From NCBI GenBank assembly GCA_005882635.1, contig VBFG01000043.1, positions 1,192-65,191 of the forward strand: 64,000 nucleotides of DNA. The letters are read 5' to 3'. Below the pieces are notes generated by a model. The model saw nothing but the letters and a program-made list of their open reading frames with translations. It was not told the DNA's origin and did not search any database. Positions 41,337 through 52,000 of this stretch are shown in pieces. The position numbers were made by a program, and so were the translations under genes. The DNA comes from Chloroflexota bacterium. Lineage in GTDB: Bacteria > Chloroflexota > Limnocylindria > Limnocylindrales > CSP1-4. Each line of letters begins with the position of its first letter. Position 1 is the stretch's first letter.

Positions 41337-42835
41337 TGTGCGGCGTGTTCGGCGTCGTCATGCCGCGTGGTGCGGGCTCGGTCGCGAGCGGCGACCAGAG
41401 CGCCGCCGCCCTTGCCTCGCTGGGGCTGTTCGCGCTCCAGCATCGCGGCCAGGAATCGGCCGGGGTCGCGGTCAGCGACGGCGAGCAGCTGATGCTCTAC
41501 AAGGACCTCGGGATGATCGCGTCGGTCCTCGACGAGCGGCGGTTGCCGTCGCTGCGGGGCGAGCTGGCGATCGCCCACTGTCGCTACTCGACCACCGGCT
41601 CGACGGTCTGGGAGAACGCCCAGCCGACGTTCCGTCTCGGCCCGCGACGAGCGCTCGCGATCGGCCACAACGGCAACCTCGTCAACACCCGTGAGCTCCT
41701 CGGCCAGCTGGCCGGCGGCCGCGGGCGACTGCCGGCCTCGACCGACACCGAGCTCCTGACCGCCCTCCTCGCCGACGAGCCGGCGGCCGACACGGTCGAC
41801 GCCCTCATCCGCGTCCTGCCCCGGGTTCGCGGCGCGTACAGCCTCGTGATCCTCGACGAGCGGCGGGTGATCGGCGTTCGCGATCCGCACGGCTTCCGGC
41901 CGCTCGTCCTCGGGCGGCTGCCGGTCGCGTCCTCCGCGGATGGCGCCGTGGCACCCGGGCTCTGGGGCGATTCGGACGACGAGGCGCCGGGATCGGGCTG
42001 GGTCCTCTCGAGCGAGACCACCGGCCTCGACATCGTCGGCGCCGAGTTCGTCCGGGACGTCGAGCCGGGCGAGATCGTCGTCCTCGAGGCCGGTCGACCG
42101 CCGCGGTCGGTCCGCTTCGCGCCGGCCACGCCCGCCCTGTGCGTCTTCGAGCTGATCTATTTCGCCCGGCCCGACTCGTACCTGGAGGGCCGCAACCTGT
42201 ACGAGGCGCGACGACGGATGGGCGAGGAGCTGGCTGGCGAGCATCCCGCCGAGACAGATCTGGTGATGCCCGTTCCGGACACCGGCGCCCCCGCGGCAGC
42301 GGGCTACGCCGAGGCCTCCGGAATCCCGTATCGCGAGGGCCTCGTCCGCAACCGCTACACCGGGCGGACGTTCATCCAGCCGAGCCAGACGATGCGCCAT
42401 CGCGGCGTGACGTTGAAGCTGAATCCGCTCCGCGAGGTCGTCCGCGGGAAACGGCTGACCGTCGTCGACGACTCGATCGTGCGCGGAACGACGACCAAAC
42501 AGATCGTGGCGCTGCTCCGACGGGCAGGCGCGGCCGAGGTCCACGTCCGGATCAGCGCACCGCCGATCTACCACCCGTGCTTCTACGGGATCGACACCCA
42601 GGTCGAGACGGAGCTGATCGCGGCCACCCAGTCGATCGACGAGATCCGTGACTTCGTCGGCGCCGATTCCCTCGGCTACCTGTCGATCCGCGGGGTCCTC
42701 GCCGCCCTCGACCTGCCGTACGACCGGTTCTGCTTCGCCTGCTTCGACGGCAACTACCCGGAGCCGGTCCCGTACGACACGGCCTCACGCAAGTTCCTCC
42801 TCGAGGAGGAAGGAATGCTCGCCGGCCGTGGCTGA
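41336..42835 (+). CDS. purF: amidophosphoribosyltransferase
   Basis: N-terminal nucleophile MCGVFGV, PRTase motif VVDDSIVRGTT. TGATG junction with purL. Confidence 0.94.
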   Translation: MCGVFGVVMPRGAGSVASGDQSAAALASLGLFALQHRGQESAGVAVSDGEQLMLYKDLGMIASVLDERRLPSLRGELAIAHCRYSTTGSTVWENAQPTFRLGPRRALAIGHNGNLVNTRELLGQLAGGRGRLPASTDTELLTALLADEPAADTVDALIRVLPRVRGAYSLVILDERRVIGVRDPHGFRPLVLGRLPVASSADGAVAPGLWGDSDDEAPGSGWVLSSETTGLDIVGAEFVRDVEPGEIVVLEAGRPPRSVRFAPATPALCVFELIYFARPDSYLEGRNLYEARRRMGEELAGEHPAETDLVMPVPDTGAPAAAGYAEASGIPYREGLVRNRYTGRTFIQPSQTMRHRGVTLKLNPLREVVRGKRLTVVDDSIVRGTTTKQIVALLRRAGAAEVHVRISAPPIYHPCFYGIDTQVETELIAATQSIDEIRDFVGADSLGYLSIRGVLAALDLPYDRFCFACFDGNYPEPVPYDTASRKFLLEEEGMLAGRG

Positions 42836-43958
42836 GCGGCCGGCCTACATCGCCTCCGGCGTCGACGTCGACGCCGGTCAGCGGGCCGTCGAGCTGATGC
42901 GGTCGGCGATCGACGGCACCCGCCGGCCGGAGGTCCTCGGCGAGATCGGCGGCTTCGGATCGGCCGTCACGATCCCGCCCGGCTACCGGTCCCCGGTCCT
43001 CATCTCGTCCACGGACGGCGTCGGGACGAAGACCGCGATCGCGACCGCGCTCCGGCGCTACGACACGATCGGCCGGGACCTCGTCGCGATGTGCGCCGAC
43101 GACGTCGCCTGCAGCGGCGCGGAGCCGCTCTTCTTCCTCGACTACGTCGCGGTCGGCGTCCTCGATCCGGACCAGGTCGCCGAGCTCGTCGGCGGAATCG
43201 CGGCGGGCTGCCTCGATGCAGGCTGCGCACTCGTCGGCGGCGAGACCGCCGAGCATCCCGGACTGATGCAGCCCGGCGAGTTCGACCTGGCCGGGTTCTG
43301 CGTCGGGGTCGTCGAGGCCGACGAGCGGATCGACGGGAGCGCCGCCCGCGTCGGCGACGCGATCCTCGGCCTCCGCTCCAGCGGCCTCCACAGCAACGGT
43401 TACTCGCTCGTGCGTTCGCTCATCGCGAGCTGGGATCTCGACCTGGGGCGTCCGTACCAGGAGCAGCTCCAGCGAACGCTCGGCACGACGGCGGCCACCA
43501 AGGCCATCGCCGCCGAACCGGAACACGCGCTCGCGACGCTCGGCGACGTGCTCCTGACGCCGACGACGATCTACGCCCCGCTCCTGGCGGGGCTCCGGGC
43601 GGAGCTCCGGACGGCAGGCCAGGACATCCGCGGACTGGCCCACATCACCGGCGGCGGGCTCGTCGCGAACGTGCCTCGGGCGCTGCCCCCCTCGCTCGTC
43701 GCCCGCGTGGATCCGCGCGGATGGGAGGTTCCGTCGATCGAGCGACTCGTTGCCGCTCTCGGTGGGCTCGACGATGCGGAGGTTCGGGCGACGTTCAACG
43801 CCGGCGTCGGCATGGTCGTCGTCGTCGCTCAGGAGGCAAGCCACCGGGCGATCACGTGGCTGCGTGGCCAGGGCCTCGACGCCGTGGTGATGGGCGACGT
43901 CCTGCCCGACGACGGCGGGCCCCGGTACGTCGAGGACCCGATCGGGCCGCGGCGGTGA
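42828..43958 (+). CDS. purM: phosphoribosylformylglycinamidine cyclo-ligase (AIR synthase)
   Basis: GTG 42828, an 8-nt overlap with purF. AYIASGVDVDAGQRAVE, DGVGTK and FFLDY motifs. Confidence 0.92.
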   Translation: MAERPAYIASGVDVDAGQRAVELMRSAIDGTRRPEVLGEIGGFGSAVTIPPGYRSPVLISSTDGVGTKTAIATALRRYDTIGRDLVAMCADDVACSGAEPLFFLDYVAVGVLDPDQVAELVGGIAAGCLDAGCALVGGETAEHPGLMQPGEFDLAGFCVGVVEADERIDGSAARVGDAILGLRSSGLHSNGYSLVRSLIASWDLDLGRPYQEQLQRTLGTTAATKAIAAEPEHALATLGDVLLTPTTIYAPLLAGLRAELRTAGQDIRGLAHITGGGLVANVPRALPPSLVARVDPRGWEVPSIERLVAALGGLDDAEVRATFNAGVGMVVVVAQEASHRAITWLRGQGLDAVVMGDVLPDDGGPRYVEDPIGPRR

Positions 43959-46219
43959 GCAGCCGAAGCGCGGCGGGCGGCCGGATCGCGGTCGCGGTGT
44001 CCGGCACCGGCTCGAACCTGCGGGCGCTGGCCGCGGCGGCCCGCCGCGCCGAGCTGGGCGGCGACGTCGTCCTGGTCGTCGCCGATCGGTCGTGCCCCGC
44101 GGTCGGGTGGGCGGAGGAGCAGGGGATCGACACGGCGATCGTCGCGGACGGCGACGACGACGGGCTGGCCGAGGCGCTCGACGGCGGGCGCCCGGACATC
44201 GTCGTCCTCGCGGGGTACATGCGGATCGTCGGGCCTCGCGTCCTGGCGACCTACGCCGGGCGGATCCTGAACACGCATCCCAGCTTGTTACCCGCGTTTC
44301 CCGGGGCGCACGCGGTCCGGGATGCGCTGGCACACGGCGCGAAGGTCAGCGGGGCGACCGTCCACCTGGTCGACGCGACGCTCGACGGGGGCCCGATCGT
44401 CGCCCAGGAGGCGGTCCAGATCCTGCCGGACGACGACGAGCCCGCGCTCCACGAGCGGATCAAGGCGGTCGAGCATCGGCTGCTGCCCCGCGCGGTGGCG
44501 CTCCTGCTGGCGGGCGCCATCGCCCCGCCGACGGCCGGTCAGCGGGCCGTCCGCCTCGACGTCGACCGAGCGGAGTCGGCCGTCCCGGTTCCGCGTCGAG
44601 CGCTCCTGTCCGTGTCGGACAAGACCGGGCTCGTCGACCTCGGACGAGGCCTCGTCGCGGCCGGCTTCGAGCTCGTCTCGACCGGCGGCACCGCCCGCGC
44701 GCTCCGCGACGCGCGCCTGCCCGTGACGGACGTCGCGGCGGTAACGGGTGCGCCGGAGATGCTCGACGGGCGGGTCAAGACGCTCCATCCCCGGATCCAC
44801 GCCGGCATCCTCGCCGATCGGCGGCTCGTCGATCATCGCCGCCAGCTGGCAGCGGCAGCGATCGCTCCGTTCGAGCTCGTCGTGGTGAACCTCTACCCGT
44901 TCGCCGCCGCCGCCGAGCGACCCGGGATCACGTTCGACGAGCTCGTCGAGGAGATCGACATCGGCGGGCCGTCGATGGTCCGCGCCGCGGCGAAGAACCA
45001 GGCCAGCGTGGCGATCGTGACGTCGCCCGATCGCTATCCCGCGATCCTCGCCGCGGTCGCCGACGGCGGCCGCGTGTCCGACGGCCTGCGGGCTGCCCTG
45101 GCAATCGAGGCGTTCCGCCACACCGCGGCCTACGACGCCCGGATCGCGACGGAGCTGCCTCCGCGGATGGCGGCCGCCGGCGTCGACCTCCCGGACGAGC
45201 CCGGCCTGCCGGGCTCGGCGGACCCGTTCCCGTCGAGCCTCACGATCGCCCTGGAGAAGGTGGAGACCCTGCGGTACGGCGAGAACCCCCACCAGCCGGC
45301 GGCCCGATACCGCCGGCCCGGGTCGACCCTGGCCGATGGCCCGTTCGCGACCGACGAAGGGCCGCTCCAGGGCAAGGCCCTGAGCTACAACAACGTCCTC
45401 GACGCGTCGGCCGCCGCCGCGATCGGCCGGACGCTGCGGGGCCGGGCCTGCGTCATCGTCAAGCACACGAACCCGTGTGGGGCGGCCGAGCGGGACTCCC
45501 TGCGCGAGGCTTGGGAGGCGGCGCTGGCCGGCGATCCTGTGTCGGCCTTCGGTGGGGTGGTCGCGGTGACCCGTCCCGTCGACCGCGCGACGGCGGAGGG
45601 CCTGGCCAGCCTCTTCCTCGAGGTCGTCGTGGCACCCGGTTTCGACGATGCCGGCCGCGAGATCCTTGCCGCGAAGACGAACCTGCGGCTCATCGTGGAT
45701 CCCGTGCTCGGCGCCGAGGGCGACAGCCAGGTTCGGGCGCCCGATCCCCTGGGCGCGATCCGGACCGCCGGTGGCGCCGCCCTCGTCGGCGCGCCCGATA
45801 CCACCGCCGACGACCCCACCTCCTGGCGGGTGGCGACGACCCGCGGACCGACGGACGACGAACGGCGCGATCTCGATCTGGCCTGGCGGCTCGTCCGCGG
45901 CGTGACGTCGAACGCGATCGTCCTCGTCCGGGACGGCCGGCTCGTCGGGTTCGGCTCGGGCCAGACGTCGCGCGTGGACGCCGCGCGGCAGGCCGTCGAC
46001 AAGGCCCATGCGATCTCCGGCGCCGACTCGCTCGTCGGCGCCGCGTGTGCCTCGGATGCCTTCTATCCCTTCCCGGACGCGGTTGCGGTCTGCGTCGAAG
46101 CGGGCGTCACCGCGTTCGTCCAGCCCGGTGGCTCGAAGAACGACGCGGACACGATCGCCGTGGCAGACGCCGTCGGCGCGACGATGCTGCTCACGGGGAT
46201 CCGCCACTTCCGCCATTGA
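43955..46219 (+). CDS. purN-purH: fused GAR formyltransferase (PurN) and bifunctional AICAR formyltransferase/IMP cyclohydrolase (PurH)
   Basis: Single 754-codon frame. GTG 43955 overlaps the purM TGA. PurN covers about aa 1-190 (NTHPSLLP, HLVDATLDGGPI). A linker of about 23 aa follows. PurH runs from about aa 214 (RRALLSVSDKTGL ... FRH-stop). There is no stop between the domains and no ATG/GTG/TTG ahead of the conserved PurH N-terminus. Confidence 0.85.
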   Translation: MSSRSAAGGRIAVAVSGTGSNLRALAAAARRAELGGDVVLVVADRSCPAVGWAEEQGIDTAIVADGDDDGLAEALDGGRPDIVVLAGYMRIVGPRVLATYAGRILNTHPSLLPAFPGAHAVRDALAHGAKVSGATVHLVDATLDGGPIVAQEAVQILPDDDEPALHERIKAVEHRLLPRAVALLLAGAIAPPTAGQRAVRLDVDRAESAVPVPRRALLSVSDKTGLVDLGRGLVAAGFELVSTGGTARALRDARLPVTDVAAVTGAPEMLDGRVKTLHPRIHAGILADRRLVDHRRQLAAAAIAPFELVVVNLYPFAAAAERPGITFDELVEEIDIGGPSMVRAAAKNQASVAIVTSPDRYPAILAAVADGGRVSDGLRAALAIEAFRHTAAYDARIATELPPRMAAAGVDLPDEPGLPGSADPFPSSLTIALEKVETLRYGENPHQPAARYRRPGSTLADGPFATDEGPLQGKALSYNNVLDASAAAAIGRTLRGRACVIVKHTNPCGAAERDSLREAWEAALAGDPVSAFGGVVAVTRPVDRATAEGLASLFLEVVVAPGFDDAGREILAAKTNLRLIVDPVLGAEGDSQVRAPDPLGAIRTAGGAALVGAPDTTADDPTSWRVATTRGPTDDERRDLDLAWRLVRGVTSNAIVLVRDGRLVGFGSGQTSRVDAARQAVDKAHAISGADSLVGAACASDAFYPFPDAVAVCVEAGVTAFVQPGGSKNDADTIAVADAVGATMLLTGIRHFRH

Positions 46220-46586
46220 CGCGTCGGCCGCCGCGGGAGCCTCGCGAGGGATTCGCGCGCCCACCAGGCGCGACTCCGGAACGGCCGTTCAGGGCTCATG
46301 CCGATTCGCGACCTCGGGCGTCGGATTTCCGCCGGAGCCGTGCACGGATATTCGGAAGATGCGCCTGGGAGGCGCGCGCGGCGGCCGCCGGCCTGCTTGA
46401 CCGGTCGACGCGTGCTCGGCCATGATCGGGCCGTGGATTGGCTCGGGAGCCTGATGGCGATGCCCGGGCGGCCCCGCTCGCGGCAGGTCTGACCGAAGAC
46501 TCGCCCGGCCGAGCGTCGGCCGCCGGATCCTGGGCGCGCCTCGCGGCCGCCCGCCGTCCACCTCCCCGCCCTCTCCAGAGGACCCG

Positions 46587-48227
46587 ATGCCCGACGATCC
46601 ACGCCCGCGCTTCTACCTGACGACCGCGATCGCCTACGCCAACAGCCAGCCCGGTGTCCACACCCTGTACGAGGTGATCGGCGCCGACGTGATCGCGCGC
46701 TGGCACCGGATGCTCGGGCATGACACCCGCTTCCTGACCGGCACGGACGAGCACTCGGTCAACATCGCGATGCGGTCCGCCGAGGAGGGTCAGGACCCGC
46801 GGACGTTCGTCGACGAGAAGGTCGCCCTGTTCAAGCAGGCCGAGGACCTCCTGGGCATCCGCCCGGACCGCTTCATCCGGACGACCGACCCCGACCACGT
46901 CCGGACGGCCCAGGAGCTCGTCCGACGCGCCTATGCGAACGGCGACATCTACGTCGGGACGTATGAGGGCTGGTACTGCCCGAACGAAGGCTTCCGCAAC
47001 GCGAGCGACGTCCTCGAGACCGCCCGCGGCACGATCTGCCCGAACCACCCGGACGTCCCGCTCCAATGGCTGTCGGAGCAGAACTGGTTCTTCCGCCTGT
47101 CGGCCTACCAGGAGCGCCTGGAACGCCACTTCGAGGAGCACCCCGAGTTCGTCCAGCCTGACTACCGCCGGAACGAGATGCTCGGGTTCATCCGCCAGGG
47201 GCTGGAGGACTTCTCGATCAGCCGGGCCGGTGCCGGCTGGGGGATCCCGTTCCCGATCGCCGACAACGGCGAGACCGCCCAGCGCGAGGACGGCTCCTGG
47301 GATCCCGAGGCCGGGACGATCTACGTCTGGTACGACGCGCTGATCAATTACGTGACCGGTGCCGGGTTCGACAGCGATCCCGAGGCCTTCGCGCACTATT
47401 GGCCGGCCGACCTCCACGTCATCGGCAAGGACATCCTCCGCTTCCACACGATCTTCTGGCCGGCGATGCTGTGGAGCGCCGGGCTCGAGGCGCCGCGGAA
47501 GGTTTGGGCCCACGGCTGGCTGCTCGCCGCGGGCGGCGAGCGGATGAGCAAGAGCCGCGGCAACTTCTTCGACCCAGGCGACTTCGTGGCCGCGTTCGGC
47601 TCCGACGGCGCGCGCTACGTCGCCCTCCGCGAGGTCCCGTTCGACAAGGACGCCGAGGTCTCATGGGACGGCTTCGTCCGGCGCTACAACGCCGATCTCG
47701 CCAACGACTTCGGCAACCTCGTCAATCGGACGGTGTCGATGACCAACCGGTACCTGGATAGAGCCCGGCCGGCGCCAGGCCCGGAGACTGACCTGGCGAC
47801 CGAATGGCTGACCGTCCTCGATTCCTACGGCCGCGCGATCGATGGCTGTCTCCTCCACGACGCCCTGGCATCGCTCTGGTCGTACGTCGCCGAGGCCAAC
47901 CGCTACGTCGACGCGGAGAAGCCGTGGGAGCTTGCGAAAGCCTCGAAGGGCGGCGACACCGCGGCCGATGAGCGCCTCCGGGACGTGCTCGGCAACCTCG
48001 TCGAGGCGTGCCGTCTGCTGGGCCTGGCCGCGGCGCCATTCCTTCCGGCGACGGCCCCGCGGGTGCTCGCCCAGCTCGGCTACGCCTACCCCTATGGCGA
48101 TGACGGCAACGGCGGGCCGCCGGTGCTCGATGAGCTGCGCTGGGGCGCGCACGCCGGCGAGCAGGGTCGCGTCGCCGCCCCCGAGCCGCTGTTTCCGCGC
48201 CTCGAGACGGAGATCGCGGCAGACTGA
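46587..48227 (+). CDS. metG: methionyl-tRNA synthetase (short form, no C-terminal dimerisation/tRNA-binding domain)
   Basis: FLTGTDEHS, YVWYDALINY, HVIGKDILRFHTIFWPAML and KMSKS-type ERMSKSRGN. At the HIGH position the sequence is P-GVHT-LYE (see findings). Confidence 0.9.
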   Translation: MPDDPRPRFYLTTAIAYANSQPGVHTLYEVIGADVIARWHRMLGHDTRFLTGTDEHSVNIAMRSAEEGQDPRTFVDEKVALFKQAEDLLGIRPDRFIRTTDPDHVRTAQELVRRAYANGDIYVGTYEGWYCPNEGFRNASDVLETARGTICPNHPDVPLQWLSEQNWFFRLSAYQERLERHFEEHPEFVQPDYRRNEMLGFIRQGLEDFSISRAGAGWGIPFPIADNGETAQREDGSWDPEAGTIYVWYDALINYVTGAGFDSDPEAFAHYWPADLHVIGKDILRFHTIFWPAMLWSAGLEAPRKVWAHGWLLAAGGERMSKSRGNFFDPGDFVAAFGSDGARYVALREVPFDKDAEVSWDGFVRRYNADLANDFGNLVNRTVSMTNRYLDRARPAPGPETDLATEWLTVLDSYGRAIDGCLLHDALASLWSYVAEANRYVDAEKPWELAKASKGGDTAADERLRDVLGNLVEACRLLGLAAAPFLPATAPRVLAQLGYAYPYGDDGNGGPPVLDELRWGAHAGEQGRVAAPEPLFPRLETEIAAD

Positions 48228-48235
48228 GCAACGTC

Positions 48236-49039
48236 ATGCGCCTCGTCGACAGCCATTGCCACCTCCAGGCCGATCGCTTCGACGGCGACGTCGACGAGGT
48301 CCTGGCCGCGGCGCGCGAGGCCGGGGTCGAGCGGATCCTGGTCCCGGGCTGGAACGCCTGGTCGTCGGCGGCGGCGCTCGATCTCGTCGATCGCCATCCC
48401 TGGCTGAACGCCGCCGTCGGGGTCCACCCCCACGACGCGGCGAAGGTCGACGACGACGATTGGGAGCAGATCGCTCAGAGTGCGCGGGATCCGCGGGTCG
48501 TCGCCATCGGCGAGACCGGTCTCGACTACGACCGGGTCTTCTCGCCGATCCTGGCCCAGCTCTCGAACCTCCGGCGGAACCTCGCCCTGGCTGTCGAGAC
48601 CGGCAAGCCGGCGATCCTCCACTGCCGGTCGCCGCAAGGGGAACGCGAGGCGCAGGACGCGCTCCTCCGCGAGCTCCGGATCTTCGGGTCCGATCCGCCG
48701 CGCATCGTGATCCACTCCTACAGTGGCCCGCTCGACTACGCCGTCGAGATGCTCGAGCTGGGCGCCGTGATCAGCGTCTCGGGACTCGCCTTCCGTGAAG
48801 GTGAGGAGTCGACCGCCGACGTCGTCCGGCTCGCGCCGGCCGACCGTCTGCTCGTCGAGACCGACTCTCCGTTCCTACCGCCGCCGGGCGGCCCGCGCCA
48901 CCGCAACACGCCGGAATGGGTGCGGGTGACTGCGTCGTGGGTCGCCGACCTGCGCGGCACGGACCCCGACGAGCTCGGCGATCAGCTTGTCGCGACATAC
49001 GACGAGGTGGTCAGTCGGCCGGTCGGCAGCCGACCGTGA
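48236..49039 (+). CDS. tatD: TatD-family metal-dependent hydrolase/DNase
   Basis: MRLVDSHCHL N-terminus and ETDSPFLPP. metG-tatD is a classic synteny. Confidence 0.88.
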   Translation: MRLVDSHCHLQADRFDGDVDEVLAAAREAGVERILVPGWNAWSSAAALDLVDRHPWLNAAVGVHPHDAAKVDDDDWEQIAQSARDPRVVAIGETGLDYDRVFSPILAQLSNLRRNLALAVETGKPAILHCRSPQGEREAQDALLRELRIFGSDPPRIVIHSYSGPLDYAVEMLELGAVISVSGLAFREGEESTADVVRLAPADRLLVETDSPFLPPPGGPRHRNTPEWVRVTASWVADLRGTDPDELGDQLVATYDEVVSRPVGSRP

Positions 49040-52000
49040 CCGTCGCCGATCCGCTGAGAGATCCGCCCGGCCGGGTCCGGTCGCGGGTCCGCCGGCCGAC
49101 CGCCCTCGACGAGCCGATCCTCGCCGAGCTCTTCAGCGTGGAGCGGCTGGAGGACCATGCCCGGAGCCTGGCCCGTGCCCAGCGCGTGACCGACGAGCCG
49201 CGACGTGGCCACCCGGTCCGGCCGCGCATCGCCGAGAACGGCCGGATCCTGGTCGAGTCGTACCGCGCGCTGGCTCGGGCGATCGCCGAGGAACGGGCGA
49301 TCACGCCGGCCGCCGAGTGGCTCGTCGACAACTTCCCGATCGTCGACGAGCAGCTCCGAGAGATCCGAGACGACCTGCCGCCCGACTACTACCACGAGCT
49401 GCCGAAACTGGCTGAGGGCCACCTCGCAGGCTATCCACGCGTGCTCGGCCTCGCGTGGGCGTACATCGCGCACACCGACAGCCTGTTCGAGCCGGAGACC
49501 CTCCGCCGGATGGTCCGGGCCTACCAGGAAGTGGACCCGTTGACGGTCGGAGAGCTGTGGGCGATCGCCATCAGCCTCCGGATCCTCCTGGTGGAGAACC
49601 TTCGCCGGATCGCCGAACAGATCGTCGGGGCGCGGGCGGCGCGGCAGCGGGCCGACGAGCTCGCCGACAGTCTGCTCGGTCTCGGGCCTGACAGCCCGGA
49701 GACGGCCGGCGCCGCGCTCCGTCGCCTGACTCCCGCGGCGTTCCCGACGGCGGCGCGCGTCCAGCTCTTCCAGCGGCTGCGGGATCAGGATCCCGACACC
49801 ACGCCGGCGCTCCGTTGGTTCGAGGCAGTCGTTACCGGCCAGGACATGCCCCCCGAGGAGATGGTCCGCGTCGAGCACCAGCGCCAGGCAACGATGAACG
49901 TCTCGGTCCGGAACGTGATCACGAGCATGCGACTCATCTCGTGGTTCGACTGGGCGGCGTTCGTTGAGAGCGTCAGCGTCGTCGATGACGTCCTCCGGGT
50001 GCGAAGCCGCTTCGGCGAGATGGACTTCGGGACGCGGGACCGCTACCGGCATGCGATCGAGCGTCTCGCCCACCTCTCCGGCCTGACGGAGATCGATGTC
50101 GCGAGGCGGGCCGCGGCGACGGCCGAGGCCGCGCGACGGGCCGGAGGAGACTCGCCGCCGGCTCATCGCGATCCAGGCTATTACCTGATCGCCGACGGAC
50201 GGGCGGCTTTCGAGCAGTCGCTCGGAATTCGCGTGCCCGTTGGTCTCCGCCTCCGACGGGCGTATGCGCATGCGGCAACCGCCGGCTACCTCGGGACGAT
50301 CACGGTGGTGACAGCGTTCGTCATCGCCCTTCCGATCCTGCTGTCAGTCGCGACGGGGCCCGCGACGACCGGGCTGATCCTCGTCGCGTTGCTCGGCCTC
50401 GGTCCCGCCTCGGATGTCGCCATCGCCCTCGTGAACCGCGCCGTCACCGACGTCCTCGGACCGGTCCCGTTGCCTCGGCTCGACCTCGACGACGGCGTGC
50501 CGGAGTCAATGCGGACCCTGGTCGTCGTACCGACGCTCCTCACCAATGAGAGCGACGTCGAGGCTCAGGTCGCCAATCTCGAGGTCCATTACCTGGCCAA
50601 CCGCGACGGTGACATCCGGTTCGCGCTGCTCTCGGACTGGCTCGACGCAGACACGGAGCACGTCGCTGGTGACGACGAGATCCTGGCGTCCGCCGTCGCC
50701 GCGATCGACACGATCAACCGGCTCCACGGTGAGGCGCCCGGCGGAGGCGCACGGTTCCTGCTCTTCCATCGCAAGCGGCAATGGAACGAGTCCGAGGGCC
50801 GCTGGATGGGGTGGGAGCGGAAGCGCGGCAAGCTCGAGGAGCTCAACGCCCTCCTCCGCGGCTCGACCGGGACCAGCATGTACACGACCGGCCGGGCGTC
50901 GTCGACGCCGCCGCCGGACGTCCGCTACGTGGTCACGCTCGACGCGGACACGCGCCTTCCGCGCGGAGCCGTCGGGCAGCTCGTCGGGACCATGGCGCAC
51001 CCGCTGAACCAGCCCCGGGTCGATCCGCTGACCCGTCGGGTGACCGACGGTCACGGCGTCCTCCAGCCGCGCATCACGGCCTCCCTCCCGGCCGAGCACG
51101 AGGCGTCGATCTACCAGCGGATCTTCTCCGGCCCGGCCGGGATCGATCCGTACTCGTCGGCGGTCTCCGACGTCTACCAGGACATGTTCGGCGAGGGCAC
51201 CTTCACCGGGAAGGGCATCTACGACGTCGATGCCTTCCGTGCGGCGCTGGGCAACCGCGTACCCGACAACACGCTCCTGAGCCACGACCTGTTCGAAGGG
51301 ATCTTCGCTCGAGCCGGTCTCGTCACTGACGTCGAACTGTTCGACGAATACCCGTCGAACTATCTCGTGGGCGCGTCGCGTCAGCACCGCTGGGCGCGGG
51401 GCGACTGGCAGATGCTGCCGTGGATCCTCGGCCACGCCCGCGACGTGACCGGGACGCGCCGTCGGAAGGACATCCCCGGCATCGCCCGCTGGAAGATGCT
51501 CGACAACCTGCGGCGAAGCCTGTCCGCACCCCTGACCCTTGCCACGCTGATCGCCGCCTGGACGCTGCCATCAGTCGCCACCGGCCTCTGGACCGCCTTC
51601 ATCCTCGCCACGTCGATCGTCCCGGCGGCGCTCCCCGTCCTCGCCGGACTCCGGCCCCGCCGCGAAGGGATCTCCAAGCGCAGCCACCTGCGGGCGATCG
51701 GAGAAGACGTCGCGATCGCAGCAGCCCAGGTGGGCATCGGGATCGTGCTCCTCGCACATCAGGCGTGGCTGATGGCGGACGCGATCGTCCGGACGCTCGT
51801 CCGAGTCTACGGAACCCGCCGCCATCTCCTCGAGTGGACGACCGCGGCCGAGGCCAAGTCGATCCACAACCTCGATCTGGTCGCGTTCCATCGCGGCATG
51901 GCGGGCGGCCTGGCAGTCGCGATCGTCGTCGCGGTGGTCGTCACGGTTGCCCGGCCGTCCTCGCTGTGGATCGCGGCGCCGTTCATCGTCCTGTGGCTCC

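Noticed and set aside
46220-46586. T-box leader upstream of metG
   Set aside because: The nearest resemblance (CCCGGGCGGCCCCGCTCGCGG against the T-box GGGTGGTACCGCG) is weak. No specifier-loop or AG-bulge architecture is discernible by eye.
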